DNA from: Bdellovibrionota bacterium FG-1
Lineage (GTDB): Bacteria > Bdellovibrionota > UBA1018
DNA length: 64,000 bases
Reading direction: 5' to 3'
Assembly: GCA_051382295.1 (NCBI GenBank)
Contig: JBBCAW010000005.1
Span: 1-64,000, forward strand
The position numbers and the translations under genes are program-made. Every line of letters starts with the position of its first letter. The stretch's first letter is position 1. The notes below the pieces were generated by a model that worked only from the letters and a program-made list of their open reading frames with translations, made no database searches and was not told the origin of the DNA. This document shows positions 1-9,098 of this stretch, piece after piece.

Positions 1-230
1 ATGGCGCTGTTTGCACACCCGATTTTTACGTTTATCAAAATGAAACTGCGCAAAAAGACCCCGTTCGTTTTGTCCTCAAGTACCGCGGGCGCTTAGATGA
101 CAATTGGAAGGACGAAGCCGCCGTTCGGGTGCAGGATTTAAAGCATGCGGTGGACGAGATTTTAGCAGGTCGAGATCCTGGCTCTGTTCAAATTCCGTCG
201 ATGGGCTGCTCGATTAAGTGGAAGGGTTGA
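1..230 (+). CDS. Thioredoxin-family/AhpC-TSA-like protein, 3' part (truncated by window edge)
   Basis: Frame 3 reads GAVCTPDFYVY...YRGRLDDNW...PSMGCSIKWKG*, the typical C-terminus of this family. Confidence 0.85.
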   Translation, partial: GAVCTPDFYVYQNETAQKDPVRFVLKYRGRLDDNWKDEAAVRVQDLKHAVDEILAGRDPGSVQIPSMGCSIKWKG

Positions 231-285
231 CAAACCAGTACACTATAATGTACAATTTAAGCTATAGTTGGACATTGGAGTGTAC
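227..285 (+). promoter_or_regulatory. Putative sigma70 promoter with two operator-like palindromes for the HTH-hipA operon
   Basis: TTGACA(227)-N18-TACAAT(251); GTACA-N6-TGTAC at 238-253 and GGACA-N6-TGTAC at 270-285. Confidence 0.55.
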
Positions 286-657
286 ATGAAAACCTCAGGC
301 CAGCCCAGAAAAAATAAAACTCCGTGGGAACAGTTGCTGCCCGCTGATGCAGGACTTGAGCTCAAAGAGGTAGGTCGACTCTTAGCTGAGGCTCGAAGAC
401 GTCGAGAAATGTCGATCTCCGAACTCGCTGGCCGCATTGGAGTCGATCGCCGCACCTTAAGCCAACTTGAAAAGGGTAGCCCCAAAGTTTCATTGGGCAT
501 TTTTTTTCAGGTTCTCAGTGCCCTTAATCTCCTGCGCGGCATTGAAGAAATTCTTAAGCCCGAAAACGATCTTGAAGCCATTTCGACAGCGGTTCGTAGG
601 GCGCGCAGTCGTCAGAAGCGAATAAAAAAAATCAGCGATGAGAAGGTGAATTTTTGA
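286..657 (+). CDS. XRE-family HTH protein, HipB-like antitoxin
   Basis: ARRRREMSISELAGRIGVDRRTLSQLEKG HTH; stop overlaps start of hipA. Confidence 0.85.
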   Translation: MKTSGQPRKNKTPWEQLLPADAGLELKEVGRLLAEARRRREMSISELAGRIGVDRRTLSQLEKGSPKVSLGIFFQVLSALNLLRGIEEILKPENDLEAISTAVRRARSRQKRIKKISDEKVNF

Positions 658-1874
658 TGCTTCGTGAACTCTATGTTTACGCCCATTTAGAATCCGCGGG
701 CTGGGTGCCAGCGGGCTTACTTCAATACGAAGAAACAGGCCGATTTTCATCCAGTACCTTTAGATACGGTAAGAAGTATCTGGAACGTCACGATAGGATT
801 GAGCTTGATCCCATTCAACTGCCCCTACAGGACGGGACCTTCGTCACGCCGGAGGGTTTTAGTTTATTCAATGGGATTCGAGACGCGGGGCCAGATAAAT
901 GGGGCCGTTACTTGCTCGATAAAAAATTCGCACGTTCACTCACCGAACTGGAATACGTCGCGGCCACGGGGCCGGATCGAGTCGGGGCCTTGGCTTTCTC
1001 GGATGATCCTGCATCGGGTCCAAAAATCTACACCCCTACCGGATTTCACGCTCTGGATTCAAAGCATCTGGATCTCGCTTTTTGTGTAGGCGCCCTAAAC
1101 GATCTCGAAGCATCCAAAGAGACTGAACGCCTTAAACAATACCTACAGTATGGGCCTTCTTTGGGGGGCGCACGTCCTAAGGCCACGGTGATTTGGAAGG
1201 GAAGGCCGCATCTCGCCAAATTTTCTCTTTCGTTGGATAGTAGAAACGAACCCAGAGTGGAATTTGCAACCATGACCCTTGCGCAGAAATGTGGGTTAAG
1301 GGTTTCTTCTGTTGCTACAACAGAGGTTTCTGGTTGGTCCATCTACTTGATCGAACGTTTCGACCGCAGGCCAGACGGCTCGCCCATTCCGTTTATCTCG
1401 GGTTTGACCCTAACGGGATGCCATGAAAGTGATTATTCGACTTGGAGTTATCACGGCCTGGTCGATGCCATTGTGAAGCATTCAAGTCAAGTCGAACAGG
1501 ATTTACGAGAGTTGTTTCAACGAATGGTTTTTAACATCCTCGTCTATAATAATGACGACCATTTGAGAAATTTTGGTTTCCTGCGTTCTGGCCGAGATCG
1601 CTGGGATCTGTCACCCCTTTATGACGTGGTTCCCGCAAGTGTGAACTCACAAAGTTATTCTCTCGCGATGGTCATTGGAACCGATGGAAAAAAGGCCTCT
1701 ATCACCAATGCCGTGTCTCAGTGTGAACGTTTTCGCCTCATGAAGGAAGAGGCAGGGGGCATCATTGCTCGGCTAAAAATAGGGGTTGCCTCCTGGCGGG
1801 AGCACTTCAAAGGAGCGGGCGTAAAAGATCACGAACTGAAGGCGTTGGAGAATAGTTTTTCGGAAAAGCCCTAA
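657..1874 (+). CDS. hipA: HipA-family kinase toxin
   Basis: Motifs PDKWG, SLGGARPKA, NNDDHLRNFG, LSPLYDVVP. Confidence 0.93.
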   Translation: MLRELYVYAHLESAGWVPAGLLQYEETGRFSSSTFRYGKKYLERHDRIELDPIQLPLQDGTFVTPEGFSLFNGIRDAGPDKWGRYLLDKKFARSLTELEYVAATGPDRVGALAFSDDPASGPKIYTPTGFHALDSKHLDLAFCVGALNDLEASKETERLKQYLQYGPSLGGARPKATVIWKGRPHLAKFSLSLDSRNEPRVEFATMTLAQKCGLRVSSVATTEVSGWSIYLIERFDRRPDGSPIPFISGLTLTGCHESDYSTWSYHGLVDAIVKHSSQVEQDLRELFQRMVFNILVYNNDDHLRNFGFLRSGRDRWDLSPLYDVVPASVNSQSYSLAMVIGTDGKKASITNAVSQCERFRLMKEEAGGIIARLKIGVASWREHFKGAGVKDHELKALENSFSEKP

Positions 1875-1884
1875 GTCCTTTCAC

Positions 1885-3267
1885 TCAACTCGTGAGCTGA
1901 AACTGTCCCTGCTCTTCTTCTTCATAGGGAAGCGGGAAGTCCCGCCCCTTGTTTTTGAGTCGCGTGTAATCTTCGTGCGAAACATAGAGCCGCGTAATGC
2001 TGCGTTTTTCGCTATAGCGCTGAAATAAGTCCGTGCACTGTTCAATCGGAATATAGCTCGGGGCGCTGTAGTGATTGTCGTACCGAACAAAAAAAGGATC
2101 GACCTTTTTTTGGAAATACTTCGAAAGTTCGCCCGTTGAAGTCTTGAGCAGATAGTGAATATTCTGAGCTTTCAGATCCTTTTGAATCCGCGCGAGCAAG
2201 CGGGTTTGTTCGCGTGCGGCCGTTTGCGTGGCGGGGATCCCACTATGCAGCTCAATGAGCATGCGGTACGGAACTTTGTCCGCAATGCGGCAGGCCCATT
2301 TGTTCGTACTTTTGGCGAGGTGTGCTGAGAGGTGGGCGTCGTTAAATTCACAGTACTCCTCGATATCCGCCGGTAAATGGTAATCGCACTGGGGGTCCGA
2401 CAGGTATTGCCCAAGCATTTCGTCAAAAACTACGCTTTTATAATGGAAGTAAACCATCAGAAACATGTGAAAGCGCGAGATCAAGAAATCCTCAAACGCG
2501 TAAAGCGCGCGGTGGTGGAGCGCGAGGTAGCAGTGGCCGCCTTTGATGTGCGAAGTCAGGCTCCCCACCAGCCAATCAAAGTCAAACTGGCCGTAACTCA
2601 CGCCCGCGTGCAGGCTGTCGCGCCGGAGATAATCCATGCGATCCGCATCCAGCTCACTGGAAATCAGCTGTTTGAGAATCGGTCTGAAATCGATCGCTTC
2701 ACCGCGAATCTTTTCGATAAAAAAGTCGTCGTCCATCGCCACCTCAGAATCAATGAGCGCGGCGATATGAACCGGCTTAAATCCATGGAGGGCGCCGGCT
2801 TTTTGCAGGGCCGGGGTCAGACTTGAGTCCAGAATGATTTTGAGAGTGTAGTCTTCATGTGTGGCTTTGCGAGCCTTGGCTTTGGGGGCGCTGCCCGGGA
2901 TTTGCAGTTCACGGACGTCCGGCATCGCAAATTCAGTGGTGTGGGATAGGGGGCCGTGGCCAATGTCATGAAGCAGCGCACTGAGGCGCACGACCGCGCG
3001 AAAGCGCGCAAAGGCCCGGGGCGACTCTGTCGCTAAGACGAGATGTCCGGGCGCTTGAGCGGCAAAAATGGTTTCGAAGGCTCGAGTGGCAATGTGCATG
3101 GCGCCGAGGCTGTGGATGTAGCGATTGTGGGTAGCGCTCGGAAAGGAGTTTTCAGCAAAACCCAGCTGCTTGATTTGCCTGAGGCGCTGAAAATACCGCG
3201 AATCGATGATGGCAAGCTCCGAGTCTTCGATTCGGATCGAACCATGGATGACATCACGAATTTCCAT
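1885..3267 (-). CDS. HD-domain phosphohydrolase (SAMHD1/YwfO dNTPase-like)
   Basis: FQRLRQIKQLG, HNRYIHSLG, LHDIGHGPLSH, LDADRMDYLRRD. Confidence 0.9.
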   Translation of the reverse strand: MEIRDVIHGSIRIEDSELAIIDSRYFQRLRQIKQLGFAENSFPSATHNRYIHSLGAMHIATRAFETIFAAQAPGHLVLATESPRAFARFRAVVRLSALLHDIGHGPLSHTTEFAMPDVRELQIPGSAPKAKARKATHEDYTLKIILDSSLTPALQKAGALHGFKPVHIAALIDSEVAMDDDFFIEKIRGEAIDFRPILKQLISSELDADRMDYLRRDSLHAGVSYGQFDFDWLVGSLTSHIKGGHCYLALHHRALYAFEDFLISRFHMFLMVYFHYKSVVFDEMLGQYLSDPQCDYHLPADIEEYCEFNDAHLSAHLAKSTNKWACRIADKVPYRMLIELHSGIPATQTAAREQTRLLARIQKDLKAQNIHYLLKTSTGELSKYFQKKVDPFFVRYDNHYSAPSYIPIEQCTDLFQRYSEKRSITRLYVSHEDYTRLKNKGRDFPLPYEEEEQGQFQLTS

Positions 3268-3368
3268 AAAACCCTCTTCGGCTAAAAGCACAAAACCCCC
3301 GAAAAGGAGCCGTCTTGAGAGCGGCATTCCGTTTCGAGGGCATGTTCAATGAGGTAAAATTGAGAAGC

Positions 3369-3785
3369 TTATTCTTCAGACTCATCATCACCATGGCTCT
3401 GGCCATGGTTGTGATCCAGGTCATGCTCGTGGTCATGATCATGTGAAGCGCCAAAAGAGGAGCCCATTGCGCCTCCGGCAAGGCCTGCGGCAAAGCCAGT
3501 CATGGCTCCGGCCATGGCAGGTTTTTGGGCTGGCTGAGCTTTAGGGGCAGCTTTACGAGGGGCGGCTTTTTTGGCCGTCGCCTTCTTAGGAGCCGCCTTT
3601 TTGGCAGTGGCCTTCTTAGGAGCTGCTTTCTTTTTTGAAACCGCTTTTTTAGGGGCGGCTTTCTTAGTGACTTTTTTGGCTACCTTCGCGGTCGCTTTTT
3701 TTGCGACTTTTTTAGTCGATTTTTTGGCGGGAGCCGCTTTTTTTGCGGTAGATTTTCCTGCTTTTGCTTTCTTCTTTGTGGCCAT
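3369..3785 (-). CDS. Histone H1-like Lys/Ala-rich protein with His/Asp-rich tail
   Basis: Repeated KKAAPKKA units, C-terminal HDHDHEHDLDHNH; SD GGAGAGG. Confidence 0.75.
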   Translation of the reverse strand: MATKKKAKAGKSTAKKAAPAKKSTKKVAKKATAKVAKKVTKKAAPKKAVSKKKAAPKKATAKKAAPKKATAKKAAPRKAAPKAQPAQKPAMAGAMTGFAAGLAGGAMGSSFGASHDHDHEHDLDHNHGQSHGDDESEE

Positions 3786-3878
3786 GAGCAAACCTCTCCA
3801 TTGAAATTAAGAACGAAATAAAAACTTTCAACAAAAATAAGCCATAGGTGCAATGGCTTTGCAATAAGATTTGCCGGA

Positions 3879-5924
3879 CTAGTGGCGAATACTCTGAAAA
3901 TCCATCTGCGCTTCAGATTCGGAATCCAAGAGGTTAGTCCAGTTTTTTGTGCCATCCGATTTTTCAGGCTTCGAGGTTAACAAATCGAAAGAAACGAATT
4001 TAACGCTATATCCCACACGTCCCTTACTCCTAAACTCGTCATTCAGTACTCCATTCCATGAGGTTTTGATCTTGGATGGATCGGCCGCCAGTCCGCCGCC
4101 CAGGTGGATTGGCTGAGGGCGCCCATCTCCGAGTAAAGTATGCATAGGGTCCTGAAGTTTGACCACATTGAAGCATTCGTTAGTGAGTCCGCTCACTCCG
4201 CCTAGGGGCTCCCCTTGGCAGTTGCGGAGCTTTTCTAGATAGCCCGTCATCTCATTTCTGAGGGCGTCCTTCATGGGGGTTTGTGCGAGTATTGCGGAGT
4301 CGCCCATGAGTGAGTCGACCATCGACATAATCATGGTTTTGGCTTGGCTGGCCTTGTCCGGTGGAAAAACGGGGGCCCAAAACGCCAATACTTGCTGGCT
4401 GTCAAAGTAGCGTTCCATGGGGTCGTTAAGGACGTCGTTGGGGATATTGTATTTGGTGACTTCGATGGGGTTGGGCACCATGGCGGTTTGGTAAGCGCGG
4501 TCCATCGCGGCGGGGCCGATGGTTTGGATGGCGTTGCCGTCTTTTCCCTGAAAGCTCCCATAATACGTGGCCAGTGCGTCTTGCCGGTCCCAGCCGCCCC
4601 CCGAGGCACTGGCTTTGTCACCGGCATCGCGAATAGCGAGATTAGGGATGCTTTTGGCCAAGTGCAAAGAAATGGCTTCATCTCCTTTTGCACCAAAGTC
4701 CGGTACCCCAGATCGAACAAGGTCCTCAGAAGTGAGAACGGGGCCGATGCGGCTTCCAAAGGGCTGGGCTGCTGCATAGGCCTTGAGATCTAAGTCACCC
4801 CAGGGCGAAAACAGGACTTTGGCCTTCGCTTTTACGCGAACCGCGTAATAGGTCAAGATGCTGGGGTCTTTATAAACACCCAAAACGAGTTCGCCGCCGA
4901 GGGAGTCGGGTTCGAGTTGGGGAGTGCAGGCAGCGGCTTTTCCTTTTGTTAGATCCGTTTTGAATGTCACTGCATAGGTATCAAATTTAGCTTTGATATT
5001 GTTGAGTTTAATCAAAGCATTGGGCATGAGTTCGTCCATGACAATGCTGCCCGTATCGAAGGTGTGATTGCCCAAAGTGTAGTAGGCCGACAAAAAAGCT
5101 TGAATGGTGCGCTCAAAGGCGGCCGGGTCGGGTTTGCCTTTCATGGTGTGAGCAGTATTATAGGTCACGTTTTTAGCGGGTTCTTGGTTGGCGTAGTCTT
5201 TGAGGGTTTCGATTCGTCGTCGCAAAATCAGCTCCCGAGGTACGAGTCCCAGTCCATAGGCGAGGTCTTGGACCGTTTGGGCCGCCGCGGCAGTCTTTGG
5301 ATCTGCGGCGAGTTGCGCGATCAGTTTTTTAAGGTCGGGATCGGTGTTCCAAAGCCAGAGCCTCAAGATGATCGAGTTGGTTGCGCCAATGGACTGACAA
5401 TTGGCTTTACGGATGTCTTCGATCGATTTGAGCTGCTCAATCAAAGTCGAGTTGATGGCGTCCAGTGGGTTATCGGGGGGGATGCCAATTTCGGGTAAGA
5501 GGTCGAGCTGGCAAAAGTTATCGCTTTTATTAAAAACCATACAAACGGTGGGGACACTGTAGTTTTTGTCAGGCTTTCCGCTCGGCGACCAGAGTGCGGG
5601 ACCGGCGGCACCCCCATTTCGAGGAAAGCCCCTCTGCGCCATATTGCCCATGACATAATAGCGAAATAGAAATTTTTTGTACTGACGACGCATCTCGTAA
5701 TTCAAAAAAGAGATTTGATTGAGATGTCTGGCCTGAGTGGCCGCGCCGGCGTAGGCAGCCAGATCCGCGGCATTTTGCAGGTTGATCTTGGCGTTGACGA
5801 GCATCCCTGTGTTGATGACAAAGGCCAGAAACAAAATAAACGTCATCATCATCATGCCGATCATGATGGACGCTTGGCCGCGTTCGTCGCCTTTTCGACC
5901 TTGGGTTCCCCGTTTCTTACTCAT
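3879..5924 (-). CDS. TadG-like Flp/Tad pilus assembly protein
   Basis: N-terminal ERGQA + TM segment + INLQNAADLAAYAGA Tad motif. Confidence 0.8.
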   Translation of the reverse strand: MSKKRGTQGRKGDERGQASIMIGMMMMTFILFLAFVINTGMLVNAKINLQNAADLAAYAGAATQARHLNQISFLNYEMRRQYKKFLFRYYVMGNMAQRGFPRNGGAAGPALWSPSGKPDKNYSVPTVCMVFNKSDNFCQLDLLPEIGIPPDNPLDAINSTLIEQLKSIEDIRKANCQSIGATNSIILRLWLWNTDPDLKKLIAQLAADPKTAAAAQTVQDLAYGLGLVPRELILRRRIETLKDYANQEPAKNVTYNTAHTMKGKPDPAAFERTIQAFLSAYYTLGNHTFDTGSIVMDELMPNALIKLNNIKAKFDTYAVTFKTDLTKGKAAACTPQLEPDSLGGELVLGVYKDPSILTYYAVRVKAKAKVLFSPWGDLDLKAYAAAQPFGSRIGPVLTSEDLVRSGVPDFGAKGDEAISLHLAKSIPNLAIRDAGDKASASGGGWDRQDALATYYGSFQGKDGNAIQTIGPAAMDRAYQTAMVPNPIEVTKYNIPNDVLNDPMERYFDSQQVLAFWAPVFPPDKASQAKTMIMSMVDSLMGDSAILAQTPMKDALRNEMTGYLEKLRNCQGEPLGGVSGLTNECFNVVKLQDPMHTLLGDGRPQPIHLGGGLAADPSKIKTSWNGVLNDEFRSKGRVGYSVKFVSFDLLTSKPEKSDGTKNWTNLLDSESEAQMDFQSIRH

Positions 5925-5969
5925 TTCGCTTAGCTTAATTGTCCACTAAAGAGTGGGGGCCTGTCCAGT

Positions 5970-5986
5970 TGTCTAATCTTTGGACA
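5970..5986. promoter_or_regulatory. Palindromic putative bEBP upstream activating sequence
   Basis: TGTCTAATCTTTGGACA, 100 bp upstream of a sigma54 motif; near-identical copy at 42969. Confidence 0.5.
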
Positions 5987-6069
5987 TCCTGTTGAAATTT
6001 CAGGCAAAATGACCCCAGAGGTTTTACGGGGTTACACCGGTCGAGCTTTGAAACCGTCCTTTGGCGCAT

Positions 6070-6085
6070 CGGCACGGAGGTTGCT
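6070..6085 (+). promoter_or_regulatory. Putative sigma54 promoter
   Basis: CGGCACGGAGGTTGCT, GG-N10-GC spacing. Confidence 0.65.
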
Positions 6086-6104
6086 CTAGTGGCCCACGAA
6101 CAGC

Positions 6105-6206
6105 GGTTTTCGGTGAGTGATTTCGCGAAAGCAAACTTCCTGTTTTTACACAACTTTCGCCATCCATGGCTGTTGTGATTTTCGCGAAATAACTCACCGC
6201 AAAACC
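6105..6206 (+). ncRNA. Long stem-loop, candidate structured leader or ncRNA
   Basis: GGTTTTCGGTGAGTGATTTCGCGAAA pairs with TTTCGCGAAATAACTCACCGCAAAACC; inner CACAAC/GTTGTG stem. Confidence 0.45.
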
Positions 6207-6290
6207 TTCTACGCAAAAGAGGTTATTCTCGCTTTCAGCGGGAATTGCTGATGTCTCGGAGTATCGGTTTGGTTTAAGGAGAAATACATT

Positions 6291-6773
6291 ATGAATGGTT
6301 TTAATAGGAGAGTTTCGTTTGCCCTCGGTGCTCTTGGCTTCTTTGGAGCCCTTGGGGTGCTTGAACTCTCCGCACGAGCGTCAATCGATGGCGCACCGAT
6401 GAGTTCTATCAACGACCCCACGAGGCGGTTGGTCCTTCAGATGAATCCAGTTTTGAAACGCTCGGCTTTGCAATTTCAGAATGCACTACCTTCGCCTGCA
6501 AATCGGCCGCTGATTTCCCAAAATGACGAACTTCAGGGCGCTTTCAAAGCCCCCTGGACCTTGCCCGAAAGTCATTTTAATCCAGGATTTGTGACTTCTT
6601 ATTATAACGATCAAGACGGCATGATGAATGTTTCCGCCGCCCCCTGGAATCAGGGAATAGCTTCGCACTTTGGGCCGCAAATTTACGCTTATGGGATGAA
6701 ATACATGGGCGAATACGATCTCAGTGCTTCACTTCCAGTCTGGGACCCCGCATTAGCCGGGGCAGCGTTCTAA
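6291..6773 (+). CDS. Hypothetical secreted protein
   Basis: SD AAGGAG, signal-peptide-like N-terminus, 160 aa. Confidence 0.65.
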   Translation: MNGFNRRVSFALGALGFFGALGVLELSARASIDGAPMSSINDPTRRLVLQMNPVLKRSALQFQNALPSPANRPLISQNDELQGAFKAPWTLPESHFNPGFVTSYYNDQDGMMNVSAAPWNQGIASHFGPQIYAYGMKYMGEYDLSASLPVWDPALAGAAF

Positions 6774-6795
6774 TGCAGGGAGAACCCCCAGTGAT

Positions 6796-6811
6796 TGGCA
6801 TCGTCCCTGCA
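6796..6811 (+). promoter_or_regulatory. Putative sigma54 promoter
   Basis: TGGCATCGTCCCTGCA, GG-N10-GC. Confidence 0.55.
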
Positions 6812-6821
6812 ATTCTATAAA

Positions 6822-6892
6822 GTGTCCGCAGGAAGCGGCTCATACTACTCCTCTCTCTCAAGGCCCCCTGACTTTAGGTCAGGGGGCTTTTT
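6822..6892 (+). ncRNA. Candidate sigma54-dependent small RNA (~70 nt)
   Basis: Between sigma54 motif and strong terminator; CCGC-AGGAA-GCGG hairpin and CU-rich TACTCCTCTCTCTC tract; no ORF. Confidence 0.5.
6864..6892 (+). terminator. Rho-independent terminator
   Basis: GCCCCCTGAC-TTTAG-GTCAGGGGGC followed by T tract. Confidence 0.85.
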
Positions 6893-6942
6893 CTTGCTTA
6901 TGCCCAGCCCTGTCATTATAAGGTTTGAGGAGCAAATCAAAC

Positions 6943-7887
6943 ATGGACACTCGCCCGCTATCCCCGTCTAAAGCCGCTCAGATTTTAGCTTCTCGCAAGC
7001 CAGAGTGGCTCAAGATCCGCCCACCGGCAGGCGAGAACTATTCTAAGATCAAAGGCCTCCTTCGGGAGCGTAAGCTTCATACCGTTTGCGAAGAAGCTCA
7101 TTGCCCGAATGTAGCGGAATGTTGGGCGAGTGGGACTGCGACCTTTATGCTGGGAAGTGACACTTGCACGCGGGCCTGTCGATTTTGCGCAGTCAAGACG
7201 GCGCGGCTTCCGCCTGCTCTTGATCCCGAAGAACCGCTCCAGATCGCGCAAAGTGTTGCCGCGCTTAAGCTTCGATACGTCGTTTTGACTTCGGTGGATC
7301 GCGACGATCTCTCAGACGGCGGGGCTGGCCATTTTGCCGCGACCATTCGCGAGATCAAGCGGCTCGATCCTTCGATTGTGGTTGAGGCTTTGGTTTCCGA
7401 TTTCCGAGGCGATATTCAGGCGATTCAAACCATCGTCGATTCAGGTTTGGATGTTTACGCGCACAATATCGAGACCGTGCGAAGTCTGCAATACCGGGTG
7501 CGTGATCCACGCGCGGGGTATGAGCAATCTTTGAATACCTTACGCGAGGCCAAAAACCATGCGCGCGCCACGGGGCGAGCTCTTTACACGAAGAGTGCGG
7601 TGATGTTGGGTCTGGGCGAAGAGGTCGCGGAGCTGAGTGAGGCTTTTGACGATCTCAGATCTTTTGAGGTCGATGTCCTGACGTTAGGGCAATACCTCAG
7701 ACCCTCTTTGGCGCATTTGCCGGTCGAAAAGTACTATACACCCGATGAATTCGTGGTTTTAGGAAAACAGGCCGAGGCGAAGGGGTTTTTGTACGTCGCT
7801 TCGGGGCCGATGGTTCGGTCGAGTTATCGGGCGGCGGAACTATTTATTAAACAGCACCAGGAGAAACACAGTGTCGAATCAATTTAA
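6943..7887 (+). CDS. lipA: Lipoyl synthase
   Basis: CEEAHCPNVAEC, CTRACRFC radical-SAM motif, VRSSYRA. Confidence 0.97.
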   Translation: MDTRPLSPSKAAQILASRKPEWLKIRPPAGENYSKIKGLLRERKLHTVCEEAHCPNVAECWASGTATFMLGSDTCTRACRFCAVKTARLPPALDPEEPLQIAQSVAALKLRYVVLTSVDRDDLSDGGAGHFAATIREIKRLDPSIVVEALVSDFRGDIQAIQTIVDSGLDVYAHNIETVRSLQYRVRDPRAGYEQSLNTLREAKNHARATGRALYTKSAVMLGLGEEVAELSEAFDDLRSFEVDVLTLGQYLRPSLAHLPVEKYYTPDEFVVLGKQAEAKGFLYVASGPMVRSSYRAAELFIKQHQEKHSVESI

Positions 7888-9085
7888 GCTTCCGGAGTTG
7901 GGCGAAGGCGTTCATGAAGGCGAACTCATTAAGTGGCAGGTTAAGGTCGGCGACTCCGTCAAGTTTGACCAACCTCTTTGCGAGATTATGACGGATAAGG
8001 CGACGATTGAGATTCCCTCGGCTTTTCAGGGGAAAGTGAGCGAACTTCATTTCAAAGAAGGCAGCATCGTGCACGTGGGCGAACGCATGCTGACCTTTGA
8101 GGGATCGGCATTAGGGGGGGCTTCTGCGGCTCATGCGCCTCATGTGGAAACGGCAGCGGTTCCCGCTCCTGTTTTGACAAAGGCGACAGCCGTGGCTCCT
8201 TCCACGGGTGATCTTCATGTTGCAACGCGTGTATTGGCCGCGCCCAGCACCCGGCGGGTCGCTCGAGAGCTAGGGGTTGAATTGGCCAACCTGTCAGGCA
8301 CGGGCCCTCATGGGCGAGTGATGCGTGAGGATCTTGCCAAGGGAATTGAAGCGCGTCCGGTTTTGGCAAGTGCGGGCGATCGCCGTGTCCCTCTTCGGGG
8401 GCTTCGTAAAAAAATCGCGGAGAAAATGCGCCAGTCCAAAGATCATGCCGCGCATTTCACCTATGTCGAAGAGTGCGACATGTCCAACCTCGTGGCTTTA
8501 CGCAACCAAGCCAAAGTCGTGGGTGCTCAACAAGGGGTTAAGGTGACTTACTTGCCCTTTATTATGAAAGCCATGGTTGCCGCTCTTAAGCAGTACCCGA
8601 TTCTGAATTCTTCACTGGACGAAGAAAAACAAGAAATCGTCTATAAGGGAGATGTTCATATCGCGCTTTCCGTTCAAACTGAAGACGGCTTGACGGCCCC
8701 CGTGATCAAAAACGTCGCTCAAAAGTCGATCCTCGAATTGGCCAAAGATATTCAAGAAATGGGTGAGCGGGCGCGCAACAAGAAGCTCACGTTGGAAGAC
8801 TTTTCTGGCGGCACAATCACGCTCACCAATGCTGGTACGATTGGCGGGCTTTTTGCGACCCCGGTGATCAATTACCCTGAAGTCGCGATTTTGGGTTTTA
8901 ACAAAATTTTCCGTAAGCCCGTGGTCAAAGTGGTGGATGGCAAAGAAACGATTGCAATTGCGGACTGGACTTATTTCTCGATTTCTTTGGATCATCGAGT
9001 CGTGGATGGCGCGATTGGCGCCGAGTTCATGAAGCTCCTGATTCACAATCTAGAAAACCCAGCGCTTTTGCTGCTGATGGCGTAA
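7871..9085 (+). CDS. 2-oxoacid dehydrogenase E2 (dihydrolipoamide acyltransferase)
   Basis: Lipoyl domain MTDKA, E3-binding GTGPHGRV, catalytic DHRVVDG. Confidence 0.95.
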   Translation: MSNQFKLPELGEGVHEGELIKWQVKVGDSVKFDQPLCEIMTDKATIEIPSAFQGKVSELHFKEGSIVHVGERMLTFEGSALGGASAAHAPHVETAAVPAPVLTKATAVAPSTGDLHVATRVLAAPSTRRVARELGVELANLSGTGPHGRVMREDLAKGIEARPVLASAGDRRVPLRGLRKKIAEKMRQSKDHAAHFTYVEECDMSNLVALRNQAKVVGAQQGVKVTYLPFIMKAMVAALKQYPILNSSLDEEKQEIVYKGDVHIALSVQTEDGLTAPVIKNVAQKSILELAKDIQEMGERARNKKLTLEDFSGGTITLTNAGTIGGLFATPVINYPEVAILGFNKIFRKPVVKVVDGKETIAIADWTYFSISLDHRVVDGAIGAEFMKLLIHNLENPALLLLMA

Positions 9086-9098
9086 GGATTTTTCAAGA

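Noticed and set aside
6105..6206. 6S RNA
   Set aside because: Too short and lacks a symmetric central bubble; kept only as an unassigned structure
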